Assembly: GCA_965207455.1 (NCBI GenBank)
Contig: CBDBMJ010000001.1
Location: 1,216,001-1,280,000 of the forward strand
Length of the DNA: 64,000 nucleotides
Source of the DNA: Bdellovibrionota bacterium
GTDB taxonomy: Bacteria > Bdellovibrionota > UBA1018 > CAIPTA01 > JAALKR01
Direction: 5' to 3'
Of this stretch, positions 1-11,646 are shown piece by piece. Below the pieces are notes generated by a model. That model made no database searches. It was not told the origin of the DNA and worked only from the letters and a program-made list of their open reading frames with translations. How positions within the stretch are numbered: the first letter of the stretch is position 1; each line of letters opens with the position of its first letter. A program made the translations under genes and the position numbers.

Positions 1-359
1 ATAATGCGGGTATTAGGTCTTTGACCAACCTTTGTGCTGTGGGGGATAGATATCCAATGGGCTCTTGGTATTTCTTCTGTGATATCATAAAGTGCAAGTG
101 CTGAAATTCCAGTAACAACACCATTTGGAATACTAAGAACAGTGTAAGCGAGATCCTCCCATTTAAAGTCAATTTCTGGTGGGTTTTCGGTATTACGATA
201 AAGCCCTCGGCCCACCCGCTCAATAACCCCAAGCCTTTCATAGTAGCTAAGAAGGCTTGAGCTATAACCGTTACTACGCAAATCCTTTGAACTTACTAGG
301 GGCTTATCCAAGAGGCTTTCAATAGATATTTTATTATCTTTTCGTGCTAGATTGCTCAT
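1..359 (-). CDS. Type IV toxin-antitoxin AbiEi-family antitoxin (partial, runs off window start)
   Basis: Manual translation from ATG 359: MSNLARKDNK...YERLGVIERVGRGLYR...IPNGVVTGISALALYDITEEIPRAHWISIP. The wHTH 'ERVGRGLY' and 'SAL..Y.LT.EIP' pattern fits AbiEi. Not in the ORF track. Confidence 0.75.
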   Translation of the reverse strand, partial: MSNLARKDNKISIESLLDKPLVSSKDLRSNGYSSSLLSYYERLGVIERVGRGLYRNTENPPEIDFKWEDLAYTVLSIPNGVVTGISALALYDITEEIPRAHWISIPHSTKVGQRPNTRI

Positions 360-550
360 AATAATAATTTAGCAAATAAACCCAGAAATAGCAAGTGGGG
401 TGTTTTAAAAAAATAGAATTATAAGTTGATTGAAATTATTGATTTTTATTTTTCATTCTTAAAAAAGTAAATTTTTTAAATTCATTACTACAAAATAAAT
501 TCCGAACACCAACGAAAAATTAAGCCTGCAAAGATGCACGAATTTAGTAT

Positions 551-1506
551 TTAGAGGTCTATGATGTTAGTGTCGATTGGCTCATTTGTACTAGTTTTTG
601 TGCCATCACCTAATTGCCCTTTGCCATTGCCTCCCCAACATTTTACAGTTTTGTCACTTAAAAGAGCGCAATCATGATGAAAACCCAAAGAAATTTGATC
701 AATCTCATCACTTAATGAACCCTGATGGATCGCTCCCCAGCATCTCACTTCACCCGTCTTAAAGCGAAAACAAGAATGGTTGCCTCTCGCTACAATCTGT
801 GAAATCACAGGCACGTCGATTAATTTATAGGTAGGGCTTGGTCCAGAACAGTCAGAGGAATTGCTAGCCCTGTCCACCTGTTTTGCATAAAAGACATAGG
901 ATCCATTGTCATGTATACTTGCATCTAAAGCGATAGAATTGCTTCTAGCTATAGCAGACACTAGTTGATTTGCGTCTGTGCAGCCACTATCCGTATGTAA
1001 ACTGACCTTGGATCCATCTTCTACACCAGATACAAGAAAACGGGACTTGGCATTGTTAGAAGGACTTGTAATTCCATCTGGTAAAGCAAGAGTTGGGCTG
1101 GATGCTGTCCTATCCAATGTATACTTTATTTCTATGCAAGATAAAACTTCTTCCCCATTTACACGTTTTGCATAGTAAGTATACTCTCCATCGTCAGCAA
1201 TGATATCTTTTAAATTTATCTCTACCCTACCCTCAGCCGATATTATTTCCACATTTAATGGATCTCCAGAACAGTCTTCATTTTCATGAATGGTGATCGA
1301 TGATCCAGAACTCATATTGAAAAATTCAAAAACTGGTGATGCGTTCTTGGAGTAGTATGTACCTTCCACACGATGGCCACCCTCTACTCCAAATGTAAAG
1401 GGAGCACTATCAACAGGGCTATCGCTACAGCCTGTGATAAAAGAAAAAAGAATAAAGGTATGATGCTGTAAAGAGCTCTAACCATATTCGAAAAAATATT
1501 TTTCAT
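551..1506 (-). pseudogene. Ig-like + RCC1-repeat lipoprotein, frameshifted in its signal peptide
   Basis: ORF 551-1369 has Ig-like 'YAKQVDRASNSSDCS' repeats and RCC1 motifs (ISLGFHHDCALL..VKCWG.N.KGQLGDG). The same frame continues upstream as FITGCSDSP (lipobox). The ATG at 1506 (MKNIFSNMVRALYSIIPLFFFL) is one base out of frame across poly-T runs at ~1439-1449. Confidence 0.7.
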
Positions 1507-1613
1507 TATGAATCTCCTAAAATTTTTCTACCGCTTATATTCTCTACAACGACAGAAAACGGGAAAAACTTTAGGGATTATTCCGTATTTTTTATATAGA
1601 TTAAGAAGGAAAG

Positions 1614-3221
1614 TTAACTAGCTCTTGCCTTTTTGAGTTTCTTGTTACTAAGAATAGGTGCTAGCTTTCGTTTGTCCAGCTTATACTTCTCCACCTTCAT
1701 AATAAGCCCAGCTCTGGAAATACCCAGCTCTTTAGCTAGCTTGGATTTATTCCACTTCACTCGTCGCAAGCCCTCTTGAATTACTCTTTTTTCCAAAGCC
1801 TCAACCGCGTCTTTTAAATTCCCCTTCATAGCTAGAGCAGAAGCCTTTGAGGATTTTTCATGCTCACCGTATACCTTAATCCGAGGGGACAGTAAGTCTG
1901 CAACAATGGAACGCTCATCCCCACTCAACACTAATAGTCGCTCCATCTCATTTTCCAACTCCCGCACATTTCCAGGCCAGTGGTAATCTAAAATTTTCTC
2001 TAGGGCTCGTTTGGCTAATCGTTTTTTTAAAAATCCCTTTTCCTTACAACCCTTTTCCATAAAGTGATCCACTAGTAAAGGAATGTCGTCCTTGCGATCA
2101 CGCAGTGCCGGCACGTTAATATTAATCACGTTCAATCGATAATAAAGGTCCTCTCGAAATAAATTATTTTCTATCATCTCTGCCAAATCCTTATTGGTAG
2201 CCGTTATTACTCGCACATCCACTTTTTTAGACTTCACTGAACCTACCGGTAAAATGGTAGACTCCTGGAGCACACGCAAAAGCTTCACTTGCATGGAAGG
2301 ACTCATATCTCCAATTTCATCTAAAAATAAAGTACCGCCATCAGCCGCCTCAAAAAGCCCTTTTTTATCCTTAACCGCCCCCGTAAAAGACCCGCGGACA
2401 TGACCAAATAACTCACTATCTAAAATATTCTCATTGAAGGCAGAACAGTTAATAGATAACATTTGCCTATCCTTACGTTCACTATTATAATGAATGGCCT
2501 TAGCGATAAGCTCCTTACCCGTACCATTCTCACCGTAAATCATAGCAGTGGAATCCGCTGTTTTAATTTTATCCAATAGCGAATACAACTCCTGCATGGG
2601 CCTGGACTTACCAATCATAGAATTATAACGATAACGGGTACCCAACTCCTTATTTAAAGCATTAATGCGCTCCTCTCTCATTGTAATTTCTTGGTGAAAC
2701 GTTTCGATCTCTTGAGCAACCAACTCCACTAATTTTTGCAAATACACCACATTGTTTTCGTCGACTGCATGAAGCTTATCCAATGCATTTTTTATATCTT
2801 CCTTATTTAATTTTAAATCCTTGGTGGCTGCCTCTAATTTTTTTCTACTAGCACTGGTCAATTCCTCTTCTAAATATGGCCATGCAATAACACAACCCAA
2901 TAACTCATGGTCGATTTGAATTTTCGCAACAATGGCACAAGTGCCTGGAAGAGGCCCCTCAAGAACAAGAGTATTCTCATCCATGTCTTTAAGATTGTCG
3001 CAAGTTCCTCTCGTAAAATCCTCTAAAAAACCCATCCCCTTGGACGACTGAGAAATTAACTGACACAATAAATTTTTACTGTGAAACTCATCTTTAGACT
3101 CCATGTTGCGTATGTGCCCATGATTGTCCACAACCAATATGGCTGTATTAAACCAAGCACTTAAAATATCCTCCAATTTTCGGATAACGTGTATATGCTT
3201 AATCTCTCCCCAATTAATCAT
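1614..3221 (-). CDS. Sigma54-dependent enhancer-binding activator with PocR-like N-terminal sensor and Fis-type HTH
   Basis: Walker A GENGTGKE, ESELFGHVRGSFTGA, LFLDEIG, WPGNVRELEN and a C-terminal HTH. Confidence 0.9.
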   Translation of the reverse strand: MINWGEIKHIHVIRKLEDILSAWFNTAILVVDNHGHIRNMESKDEFHSKNLLCQLISQSSKGMGFLEDFTRGTCDNLKDMDENTLVLEGPLPGTCAIVAKIQIDHELLGCVIAWPYLEEELTSASRKKLEAATKDLKLNKEDIKNALDKLHAVDENNVVYLQKLVELVAQEIETFHQEITMREERINALNKELGTRYRYNSMIGKSRPMQELYSLLDKIKTADSTAMIYGENGTGKELIAKAIHYNSERKDRQMLSINCSAFNENILDSELFGHVRGSFTGAVKDKKGLFEAADGGTLFLDEIGDMSPSMQVKLLRVLQESTILPVGSVKSKKVDVRVITATNKDLAEMIENNLFREDLYYRLNVININVPALRDRKDDIPLLVDHFMEKGCKEKGFLKKRLAKRALEKILDYHWPGNVRELENEMERLLVLSGDERSIVADLLSPRIKVYGEHEKSSKASALAMKGNLKDAVEALEKRVIQEGLRRVKWNKSKLAKELGISRAGLIMKVEKYKLDKRKLAPILSNKKLKKARAS

Positions 3222-3261
3222 AAAACTACTCCTCTCTATAAAATTCCTCTTCTAAAGGAAC

Positions 3262-3288
3262 TATTCGGCATAGTGGAAAAAAACTTGA
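3262..3288 (-). promoter_or_regulatory. Putative sigma28 (FliA) promoter
   Basis: Minus strand TCAA-N15-GCCGAATA, about 40 bp upstream of the activator ATG. Confidence 0.55.
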
Positions 3289-3370
3289 CACTTTTTTAAT
3301 TAAAACCTCAAAATCGCCCACTTATCACAAAAAAAATTGATATTCCCACTCATCTAGCATACAAAGAAGT

Positions 3371-4048
3371 ATGTTTTATAGTGACATTCGAGAGTCCCTA
3401 GAGTGGCAATTCTCTCACATACTCCACTGGAACCTCATCCCCACCCCCCCATTAAATACCCCCCCGCTGAATACCGCCCGAGTAAACACAACAAATGCAG
3501 ACTTCCATAAATGGACACAAAAACTACAAACCTGCGTGCAGTGCCCTCTTCATATTGGACGCACCCACGTGGTAACAGGTCAAGGAAACCTGAAAAGCGA
3601 TATTTTTATTGTGGGACCTCAACCCAATGTGGCAGATGATCGGGAAGGAAAACCTTTCCAAGGTGCCCCTGGCCAACTCCTTACTAAAATGATGCAAGCG
3701 ATAAACCGACAAACCCAAAACCTCTACTACGCCCCAATTGTAAAATGTCGCCCCCCCAAAGATCGCCCACCCCAAGCCCAAGAAATAGATACCTGCGAAT
3801 CCCACCTATTAATACAAATTGCACAAGTACAACCCAACATTGTGCTAGCCATGGGCGAACTAGCCGCTCAAACCCTATTCCGTACAGAAGCCCCTTTAAG
3901 CCATTTACGGGGAAAGTGGGGAACCTATTCCCAAATACCACTGCTAGCTACCTGGGACACCACAACTCTCCTGCAAAACCCCACCCTAAAAAAAGAAGCA
4001 TGGACAGACCTACAAATGCTAATGAAAAAACTGGGTCCCAACACATGA
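3371..4048 (+). CDS. Uracil-DNA glycosylase family 4
   Basis: C..C.L...RT.VV.G.G, GKPFQGAPGQLL and VKCRPP..R.P...EI..C motifs. Some catalytic motifs are divergent (GPQP for GEAP). Confidence 0.85.
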   Translation: MFYSDIRESLEWQFSHILHWNLIPTPPLNTPPLNTARVNTTNADFHKWTQKLQTCVQCPLHIGRTHVVTGQGNLKSDIFIVGPQPNVADDREGKPFQGAPGQLLTKMMQAINRQTQNLYYAPIVKCRPPKDRPPQAQEIDTCESHLLIQIAQVQPNIVLAMGELAAQTLFRTEAPLSHLRGKWGTYSQIPLLATWDTTTLLQNPTLKKEAWTDLQMLMKKLGPNT

Positions 4049-5358
4049 AACTCATCCATTGTTTAACACTAATCTTTACCTCAATCCTTACCTCAACCTT
4101 TGCCTCAACCGCCCAAGCAAACTTGGGTTTTATAGAAATAGATGGCACGATTAATCCGGGAAGCGCCTCCTTTATAGAAAGTGCAATTCAGAAATCCTCC
4201 GACGATAAACTCCAAGCACTCGTGATTCAACTCAACACTCCAGGTGGCCTACTCTCCAGCACTAGAAAAATTATTCAAGCTTTTTCCACATCCCCCATAC
4301 CCATAATCCTCTACATAGCACCCGGTGGTGCCAGTGCCACCAGTGCAGGTGCCATTCTTATGATGAGCGCCCATGTGAATGCCATGACTCCAGGAACAAA
4401 TATTGGAGCTGCCCACCCCGTAAGTAGCGACGGTAAGGACGTGCCCGGTGAAATGGGGAAAAAAGTAACAAACGACACCGCCGCTCTAGTGCGTTCCCAA
4501 GCAGCACTCTATTCTCGCAATACTGTGCTAGCAGAAAAAATTGTGACAAAAAGTGTTTCTTTTGCAGCCAAAGAAGCTAAGGAAAAAAATCTTATTGATA
4601 TAGTAGCGCTTAACCTCGACGATCTTTTGCGACAACTCCACAACAGAACAGTCCTTATCAATAACAAAAAAATTGTTCTGGATACAAAAAATACCTCTGC
4701 CAAAAACCTACAACATATACCAATGAGCGCCTCACAAAAATTCCTACACATCATTGCAAACCCCAATATCACTACCCTTTTAATGACTCTTGGAGGTTTG
4801 GGAATTTATGTGGAAATTAGCTCCGGCTTTTCCCTTATCTTTCCCGGTCTCTTTGGAGTAACATCCATTATTCTAGGACTAATGAGCCTCCAAACTCTCC
4901 CCATCAATACGGGAGGACTCCTCCTCCTACTACTCGGCATGGCCCTTATTATCGCAGAAACCTTTATTACTAGCTTTGGCCTGCTCGCTGTCAGCGGTCT
5001 CACTGCCATCACCATCGGAAGCCTATTCCTCATCGACTCCAGTGCAGCAGATATACAAGTTTCCCTAAGCCTACTACTCCCCATACTGGGATCCATTGTC
5101 TGCATTACCCTATTTATGGGCTACCTGCTCAAAAAGGAAGCCAGAGGAGGCAAGGAAAATGACTTTACCGGCAAGACAGGAATCGTCGTCAATAGTAAAA
5201 CAAAGGATAGAGACGCCACCGTTTCTTTATTGGGCGAAACCTGGAACTGCCACTGCGAAGAAACCCTAATGCCTGGAGACCGCGTTATTATACGAAAACA
5301 AAAAAACTTAAAACTATATGTGGACAAGAAAATAGAAAAGAATATAAATAAAGCATAA
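4045..5358 (+). CDS. nfeD: NfeD-family membrane-bound serine protease
   Basis: LNTPGG, ATSAG and PGTNIGAAHPV motifs, TM helices and a C-terminal OB domain. Start set at ATG 4045 (ATGA overlap with udg), not 3745. Confidence 0.9.
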   Translation: MKLIHCLTLIFTSILTSTFASTAQANLGFIEIDGTINPGSASFIESAIQKSSDDKLQALVIQLNTPGGLLSSTRKIIQAFSTSPIPIILYIAPGGASATSAGAILMMSAHVNAMTPGTNIGAAHPVSSDGKDVPGEMGKKVTNDTAALVRSQAALYSRNTVLAEKIVTKSVSFAAKEAKEKNLIDIVALNLDDLLRQLHNRTVLINNKKIVLDTKNTSAKNLQHIPMSASQKFLHIIANPNITTLLMTLGGLGIYVEISSGFSLIFPGLFGVTSIILGLMSLQTLPINTGGLLLLLLGMALIIAETFITSFGLLAVSGLTAITIGSLFLIDSSAADIQVSLSLLLPILGSIVCITLFMGYLLKKEARGGKENDFTGKTGIVVNSKTKDRDATVSLLGETWNCHCEETLMPGDRVIIRKQKNLKLYVDKKIEKNINKA

Positions 5359-5388
5359 AGCAAAACATAAACGAAAGGAAAAAACATT

Positions 5389-6153
5389 ATGATGGAACTA
5401 CTTCAAGGAAGCGGAATTTTTATAATTATTATTTTGAGTGTCCTAGCAAGCGCTATCCGTATACTCAAGGAATATGAACGCGGCGTTATCTTCCGACTAG
5501 GAAAGGCGCTCCAAACCCCCAAAGGACCAGGAATCATTTTCCTTATCCCCATAGTGGACAAAATGGTGAAGTTAGATTTACGTACCATTGCATTTGATGT
5601 GCCGCCTCAAGATGTCATTACAAAAGACAATGTAACCCTCAAAGTAAATGCTGTTATTTATTTTCGAATCACCGACCCCTATAAAAGCATAAACGCCATT
5701 GAAAATTATTTATTTGCCACCTCCCAACTTGCCCAAACCACCCTAAGGAGCGTACTCGGAGAAGTGGAACTGGACCAACTCCTCTCCGAAAGAAAAACAA
5801 TCAATCAAAAACTACAAGTTATACTGGACGAACATACGGAAATCTGGGGCATTAAAGTAATTACAGTAGAAGTAAAACAAATCGACTTACCCATAGAAAT
5901 GCAGCGCGCTATGGCTAAACAGGCTGAAGCAGAGCGAGAAAGAAGGGCAAAAATCATCGCTGCCGAAGGTGAATTCCAATCCGCGAAACAATTATCCGCT
6001 GCCGCTGAAACAATGGGGAAACATAGTATGACAATACAACTACGCTACCTCCAAACCCTCAAGGAAGTATCCGGCGCAGAAGGAAACTCCACCATCATAT
6101 TTCCCTTCCCAACAGAGTTTGTGGACATATTTCAAAAGAAATTTTTGAAATAG
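5389..6153 (+). CDS. SPFH/stomatin-like (slipin) protein
   Basis: [20 protein letters not shown] and [12 protein letters not shown] motifs; the usual NfeD partner. Confidence 0.95.
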   Translation: MMELLQGSGIFIIIILSVLASAIRILKEYERGVIFRLGKALQTPKGPGIIFLIPIVDKMVKLDLRTIAFDVPPQDVITKDNVTLKVNAVIYFRITDPYKSINAIENYLFATSQLAQTTLRSVLGEVELDQLLSERKTINQKLQVILDEHTEIWGIKVITVEVKQIDLPIEMQRAMAKQAEAERERRAKIIAAEGEFQSAKQLSAAAETMGKHSMTIQLRYLQTLKEVSGAEGNSTIIFPFPTEFVDIFQKKFLK

Positions 6154-6190
6154 TCCTAAAAAATAAGTCCTGATGATAAAATAGAAAGGC

Positions 6191-7324
6191 ATGTATCTAA
6201 GGACGGAAACAAAAGCACCACAGAGGGGGCTTAAAACGAGGGGGCTTAAAACGAGGGGGCTTAAAATAGGGCCTCTTAAAATAGGGCTGCTCATAAGTGC
6301 CCTACCATTCCTTCTCGCCTCAAACACCCCCGAACCCACCATTCGCGTATCCCTTGGCACCTTTCCTCAAGTAAAAATCCAAATAAAAACATCTGTAAAA
6401 AAAATAAAATGCCATGGAAAAAAAACTTCCCTCCTTGCTTCCTTCTATTCCCCCCAAGCACCCATTCAAATAAATGGAAAATCCTATCGCCACCAAATCA
6501 AAATATATGGAAAAAAAAACCAATGCTTAGTGGTAAATACACTACCCCTAGAACAATATATTGCAGGAGTGGTGGGCAATGAAATGCATCCATCTTGGCC
6601 AATGGAAGCCCTCAAAGCACAATCCATTGTGGCTCGCAGTTATGCCCTAGCAAAAAAAAGAGAACGTAAATCAAGAAACCTATACGACGTGGTAAACTCC
6701 ACGAACGACCAAGTATACGGCGGCATCCAAACCGAGTTTCCCCAAACCAATAAAGCCACAAAAGAAACAAAGGGCACGGTGCTGTTCCTACCCAAAAGAA
6801 ATATCCCCTTTAAAACGTACTACCATGCCAATTGCGGCGGACAAACCATAACACCCAAAGAAGCCTGGGGAAGAAAAGGACGCTATCCATACCTAAGCAT
6901 ACCCTGTCCCTATCATAATAAATCCACACGCTGGTCCCATACAAGCAGCCTCTCTGAAATAGAAAAAACCATACGCAAAACCATTCGAAATATTCCCCAA
7001 GACTTCACTCGACTCGCCTATATCGGTCAACACTCCTTTACAAAATCCAATCGCGCAAAAAATATTACTCTTATGGATGGAAAAGGCAGAAAAATAAAAA
7101 TTCCTGCCTACCGTTTTCGCAAAGCGCTGGGACAGAACCAACTCAAAAGCACAAAATTTCAATTATTGCATTATTATAATAAGCTAGAATTTCGAGGAAG
7201 AGGCCATGGACACGCCGTGGGGCTTTGCCAATATGGCGCTAAACGAATGGCTGAGCTAGGTAAAGACCACAACACCATCTTACAGTACTATTATCCTCTC
7301 GCCAAAATTTCTAAATTGTACTAA
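6191..7324 (+). CDS. SpoIID/LytB-domain protein
   Basis: LEQYIAGVV..EM...W.MEALKAQSIVARSYA, DQVYGG and GHGHAVGLCQYGA motifs. Confidence 0.9.
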   Translation: MYLRTETKAPQRGLKTRGLKTRGLKIGPLKIGLLISALPFLLASNTPEPTIRVSLGTFPQVKIQIKTSVKKIKCHGKKTSLLASFYSPQAPIQINGKSYRHQIKIYGKKNQCLVVNTLPLEQYIAGVVGNEMHPSWPMEALKAQSIVARSYALAKKRERKSRNLYDVVNSTNDQVYGGIQTEFPQTNKATKETKGTVLFLPKRNIPFKTYYHANCGGQTITPKEAWGRKGRYPYLSIPCPYHNKSTRWSHTSSLSEIEKTIRKTIRNIPQDFTRLAYIGQHSFTKSNRAKNITLMDGKGRKIKIPAYRFRKALGQNQLKSTKFQLLHYYNKLEFRGRGHGHAVGLCQYGAKRMAELGKDHNTILQYYYPLAKISKLY

Positions 7325-7335
7325 TATTAGTAATA

Positions 7336-8244
7336 ATGAAAAGCATGGCCAATGTGGACGGAAAAATATCCTACGCTCGAGAAGCAAAAATATCCATAGT
7401 CGACCGGGGATTTCTCTATGGCGACTCAATCTATGAAGTATTTCCTACCTATGACGGAGTTCCCTTCCTCTATGAGGAACATATAGACCGCCTGGAAAAC
7501 TCAGCACAACTGGCACAAATGAAAATATCCCAGCCCAGAGACCTACTGTTTACAGAAATAAAGAAAACCCACCAACGCTACCAAGAAAATGCAAAAACAG
7601 AAGCATACATACGCCTTACTATCACAAGAGGTATTGGACCCATAGACCTAGACCCTAACAATTTCACAAGTACCAGCTATGTCATCCTCGTAAAAGAAGT
7701 ACCCACATGGGATCAAGAACTATATACAAAGGGAGTAACACTAGCCATTCCCTCCATTCGGAGAAACCATAGCCAATCCCTAGAGCCTAATATTAAGGGA
7801 GGAAATTATTTAAACAATATTCTAGCCGTAGGAGAAGCGAAAAAATTAGGCGCAGAGGATGCACTCATTTGCAACCTTGATGGAGATTTTACAGAAGCCT
7901 CCAATAGTAATGTTTTTTTTGTGGAAGACAACACTATTATTACTCCCGACCAATCCTCTGGAAATTTAAAAGGTATCACCAAAGAAACGTTAGAAAAAAT
8001 TTGTAAGAAAGAAAACATCCCATTCCAGCATGAAAAGATGAACTCCAAAACAATCAAGCACGCTTCAGAATGTTTTATCTCTAGTGCTACACGGGAAGTA
8101 ATGCCTGTACAAAGCCTGCGCCTAGAGGACGGATCCATTAGAAAATTCCCCCTCGGTGGTGGGGAGTACACAAAAAAGCTCAGTTCCCTGTATAAAGATT
8201 TTGTGACAGAATATGTCCGAAATCATCAGGAAAAAAAGCTATAG
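7336..8244 (+). CDS. PLP aminotransferase class IV (BCAT/DAT/ADCL family)
   Basis: DRGFLYGDSIYE, HIDRL, IKGGNYL, EASNSNVF and LKGIT motifs. Confidence 0.9.
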   Translation: MKSMANVDGKISYAREAKISIVDRGFLYGDSIYEVFPTYDGVPFLYEEHIDRLENSAQLAQMKISQPRDLLFTEIKKTHQRYQENAKTEAYIRLTITRGIGPIDLDPNNFTSTSYVILVKEVPTWDQELYTKGVTLAIPSIRRNHSQSLEPNIKGGNYLNNILAVGEAKKLGAEDALICNLDGDFTEASNSNVFFVEDNTIITPDQSSGNLKGITKETLEKICKKENIPFQHEKMNSKTIKHASECFISSATREVMPVQSLRLEDGSIRKFPLGGGEYTKKLSSLYKDFVTEYVRNHQEKKL

Positions 8245-8962
8245 CACAGGAATCTAGGCACGAGATTCCATAAAAGCCAATACATAATTCTTTGTACAAT
8301 TAATTTTCTCACTGTATTTTTTTTCACTAACTGTGAAACGGAAATAAGTGCATCATCCTTGCTCAAACTCCATTTTTATGGGTATAGGGATCAAGCTATA
8401 TCCATATTTATCTCTAATTACCCGTTCAGGCTACTTTAACCTATGAATTTCACTGCCGTTTACTAAATTGAATAATAAAATCCAGAGAAAAAGGATTTTT
8501 CTAAAATTACTTCTGGGAATAGCTTAAAAATGATCTAACCGTATGCAGTGGAATGTATCTCTGTTGATAGGTCGTCGAAAATCTTTATTAATTTTTTCCG
8601 AACCTCCTTTTTGAATGAGAGGATCAATCGCATAAAGTCAAAAGTTTTCATGATAGCAAAAGTTGTTTCTGTATACACGATAATATCAGGGTTTTTCTCT
8701 TCTGGCCGCTTTTGCCTGTATGTTTTTAATGTGAAATCATCAAGTGAATCATGCCTTTCTTCAGTGATTCAATCGTCTTTTTCTTATCATTTTTTATTAT
8801 TGGTAGATCAGGAAACATTCTAAAAGGTTAAATTATTTTTGATCAAAACGCATGATTATTTTTCATACACGGTATTGGGGTTCAAATAAAGAATTTTTCA
8901 ACACCGTTTCTTGTATTTATTTTTTCTTTGACACGAATTCTCTCCGTTTCACAAAATTTCAC

Positions 8963-8989
8963 TAAAGAAGTCCAATCATTTTCCGATAG
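8963..8989 (+). promoter_or_regulatory. Putative sigma28 (FliA) promoter
   Basis: TAAA-N15-TCCGATAG, 27 bp upstream of ATG 9017. Confidence 0.55.
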
Positions 8990-9016
8990 AGCCTTAAATA
9001 GTAAGGACGATGATAA

Positions 9017-11606
9017 ATGTACAAAACACTTTTTTTTAAACAAAATATATATTATATCCTAACAGCGTTATTTGCCCTGACTGCACTGAGTGGGTGTAGT
9101 GGAGAAAATGCAATTCTAATTCTCAAAGAAAACATTTTTGGAATAAGTACGCCAATTTTAAAGTTAGTAACGAGAAGCCCTTTTAATGAAAAAAAACCCA
9201 CCTTTAGTCTAGGGGGTTTAGAGGTTGGAGGTAGCATTGGATTATATTCTGATGAGAACTGCAATAATTTGATACAGGATGCAATTGCAATAACAGCAGC
9301 TACTATAACGATAAAACTCTCTGCAGAATTAGAGAATAATAACGATAATAATAATGGTTTCTATGATTTTTATACAAAACAAATAGATAGCTTAGGAAAT
9401 CCATCAGAGTGATTTTTATACAAAACAAATAGATAGCTTAGGAAATCCATCAGAGTGTACTTCTGATCAGAATAAAATAAGCTATGAATTAGATACAGTG
9501 TATCCTAATGAACCCACTTTATCACTAGTAACATCCAGTCCTTCCAATCAGAAGAAACCCTCCTTTAATCTAGGAGATTTAGAAGTTGGAAGCAGCATTG
9601 GAGTATATTCTGATGAGAGCTGCGATACCTTGATACAGGAAGAGGAAATAACAGCAGCCACTATGCAGATACAATTCTCTGAAGAATTGAGCAACGACGG
9701 TTTTTATGCTTTTTATGCAAAACAAAAAGATAAAGCAGAAAATTCATCATACTGCACCAGTGATGAGGTAAGTTATGTATTAGACACAATAGCTGCTATA
9801 CCTACTTTATCGCTAGTAACATCTAGTCCCTCTAATAATTTCACTCCTATTTTTAGCCTGGGAAATTTAGAGATTGGAGGTACTCTTAGCTTATATTCCA
9901 ATGAAAACTGTTCTATGACAGCACTGGAGATGATTAATATAACAGAAGGAAATATGGATGTAGAGCTCTCCTCATCTTTAACAAACACCGGAAATTTATC
10001 TTTTTCTGCAAAGCAAGCAGATGGGATAGGAAATTCATCACTTTGCTCTATGTCGGTAGACTATATACTATCGAATAATTGTGGCGAACAAATTTTTTCA
10101 TCATCTGATTCTAGTGAAATTGTTTCTAGCACCAGCACTCCTTTATCTTGTTCAATAGCATTTTCTAATAACAATACCCCTACCTCTGGAACTTGCCAGA
10201 GCTTTCCCGTAGGCGCCTGCTTCTTTGAAAAAGAAAGTGGTAATTATGAAAGAGTCTGTGTGGGAGAGGCACGTGGTTCTTGCCAATACTCTTGTAACAA
10301 TAGTACTTGGACAAAAACAAGCAATGACTGTGCTCAAGTTCAAACAAGAGAATCTGCTACACCATACATTCGTAAAATTTCCTTAGGAGCACAACATTCC
10401 TGTGCACTCTTAAGTGTTGAAACTGTAAAGTGCTGGGGAGCTGCTTCTCAGGGAGAAATTGGTAATGGAACGAATCCCTCAAAAACTTCAACACCAATTG
10501 ATGTTTCAAACTTAAATAATATACGTCAAATCTCCACAGGAAATGGCCATTCCTGTGCAATTTTAAATGATGATATCAATACTCCTGATACTGATGAAAC
10601 AGGCACTGTGAAATGCTGGGGGGCTAACTTTGTTAAGCAGATTGGCAATAGTAGTACACTGTATAGAGCACTAACACCAGTTGAAGTTTCTACTTTAACA
10701 AATATACGTCAACTTTCTGCAAGAACACATCATACCTGTGCACTTTTAAATGATGATGTCAATACTACTAATATCAATGAATCAGGTACTGTGAAGTGCT
10801 GGGGATATAATTATAAAGGTTTGTTTCTGGCTACCGGCAGCGATAATGATGAAGATAGTTCAACACCATTGGAAATTTCTGGTGCAACAAATGTGCATCA
10901 AATTGCCACAGGAAGCTTTCATACCTGTCTACTCTTAGGTAATGATGGCATCAATGATGTGGGAAAAGTAAAATGCTGGGGATATAATAAATATGGACAA
11001 TTGGGTGATGGTAGCCTAACAAATAGATACCAACCAGTTATAGTTTCTGGCTTAAGCAATGTACGTCAAATTGTTTCGGGAAAAGATCATACCTGCGCAA
11101 TTTTAAATGATGACACCAACACCACTGATATCAATGAAGCAGGTACTGTGAAATGCTGGGGGAATAACGAATCGGGGCAGTTGGGTAATGGTAGCACAAC
11201 AAATAGCTCTCTAGCAGTTACAGTTTCTGGCATAAGCAATGCACGACAAATCGCCTTGGGAGAAGATCATACCTGCGCAATTTTAAATGATGACACCAAC
11301 ACCACTGATATCAATGAAGCAGATACCCTGAAGTGCTGGGGGAATAACGAATTTGGGCAGTTAGGTAATAATAGTACAGATAGTAGCTCATCACCAGTTG
11401 ATGTTTCTAACCTAAGCAATGTACGTGAAATTTCCTTGGGAGAAGATCATACCTGCGCAATTTTAAATGACAGCACAGTAGAGTGCTGGGGATCGAATGC
11501 TAAATATCAATTGGGTGTTTCTAGTGCTCCAGATACTTGCTCTAGTAATAACTGCAGTTTGATACCTATTTCAAATTCAGCCTTTCCAGCAGAGAGCCTG
11601 CAATAA
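9017..11606 (+). pseudogene. Large Ig-like + RCC1-repeat lipoprotein split by a 46-bp tandem duplication
   Basis: Lipobox LSGC. ORFs 9017-9412 and 9498-11606 join in frame (…GNPSECTSDQNKISYELDTVYPNEP…) if one copy of the exact repeat 9365-9410/9411-9456 is removed. About 7 RCC1 repeats. Confidence 0.85.
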
Positions 11607-11646
11607 TGGGAAAATAAAACTCTTCCATAATAAGGAATTGCATTTT

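Noticed and set aside
3745..4044. N-terminal extension of NfeD in the ORF track
   Set aside because: It overlaps udg; the signal peptide starts at ATG 4045.
8250..8830. ORF 8548-8823 and fragmented minus-strand frames
   Set aside because: No recognisable motifs; probably a decayed gene that cannot be assigned.
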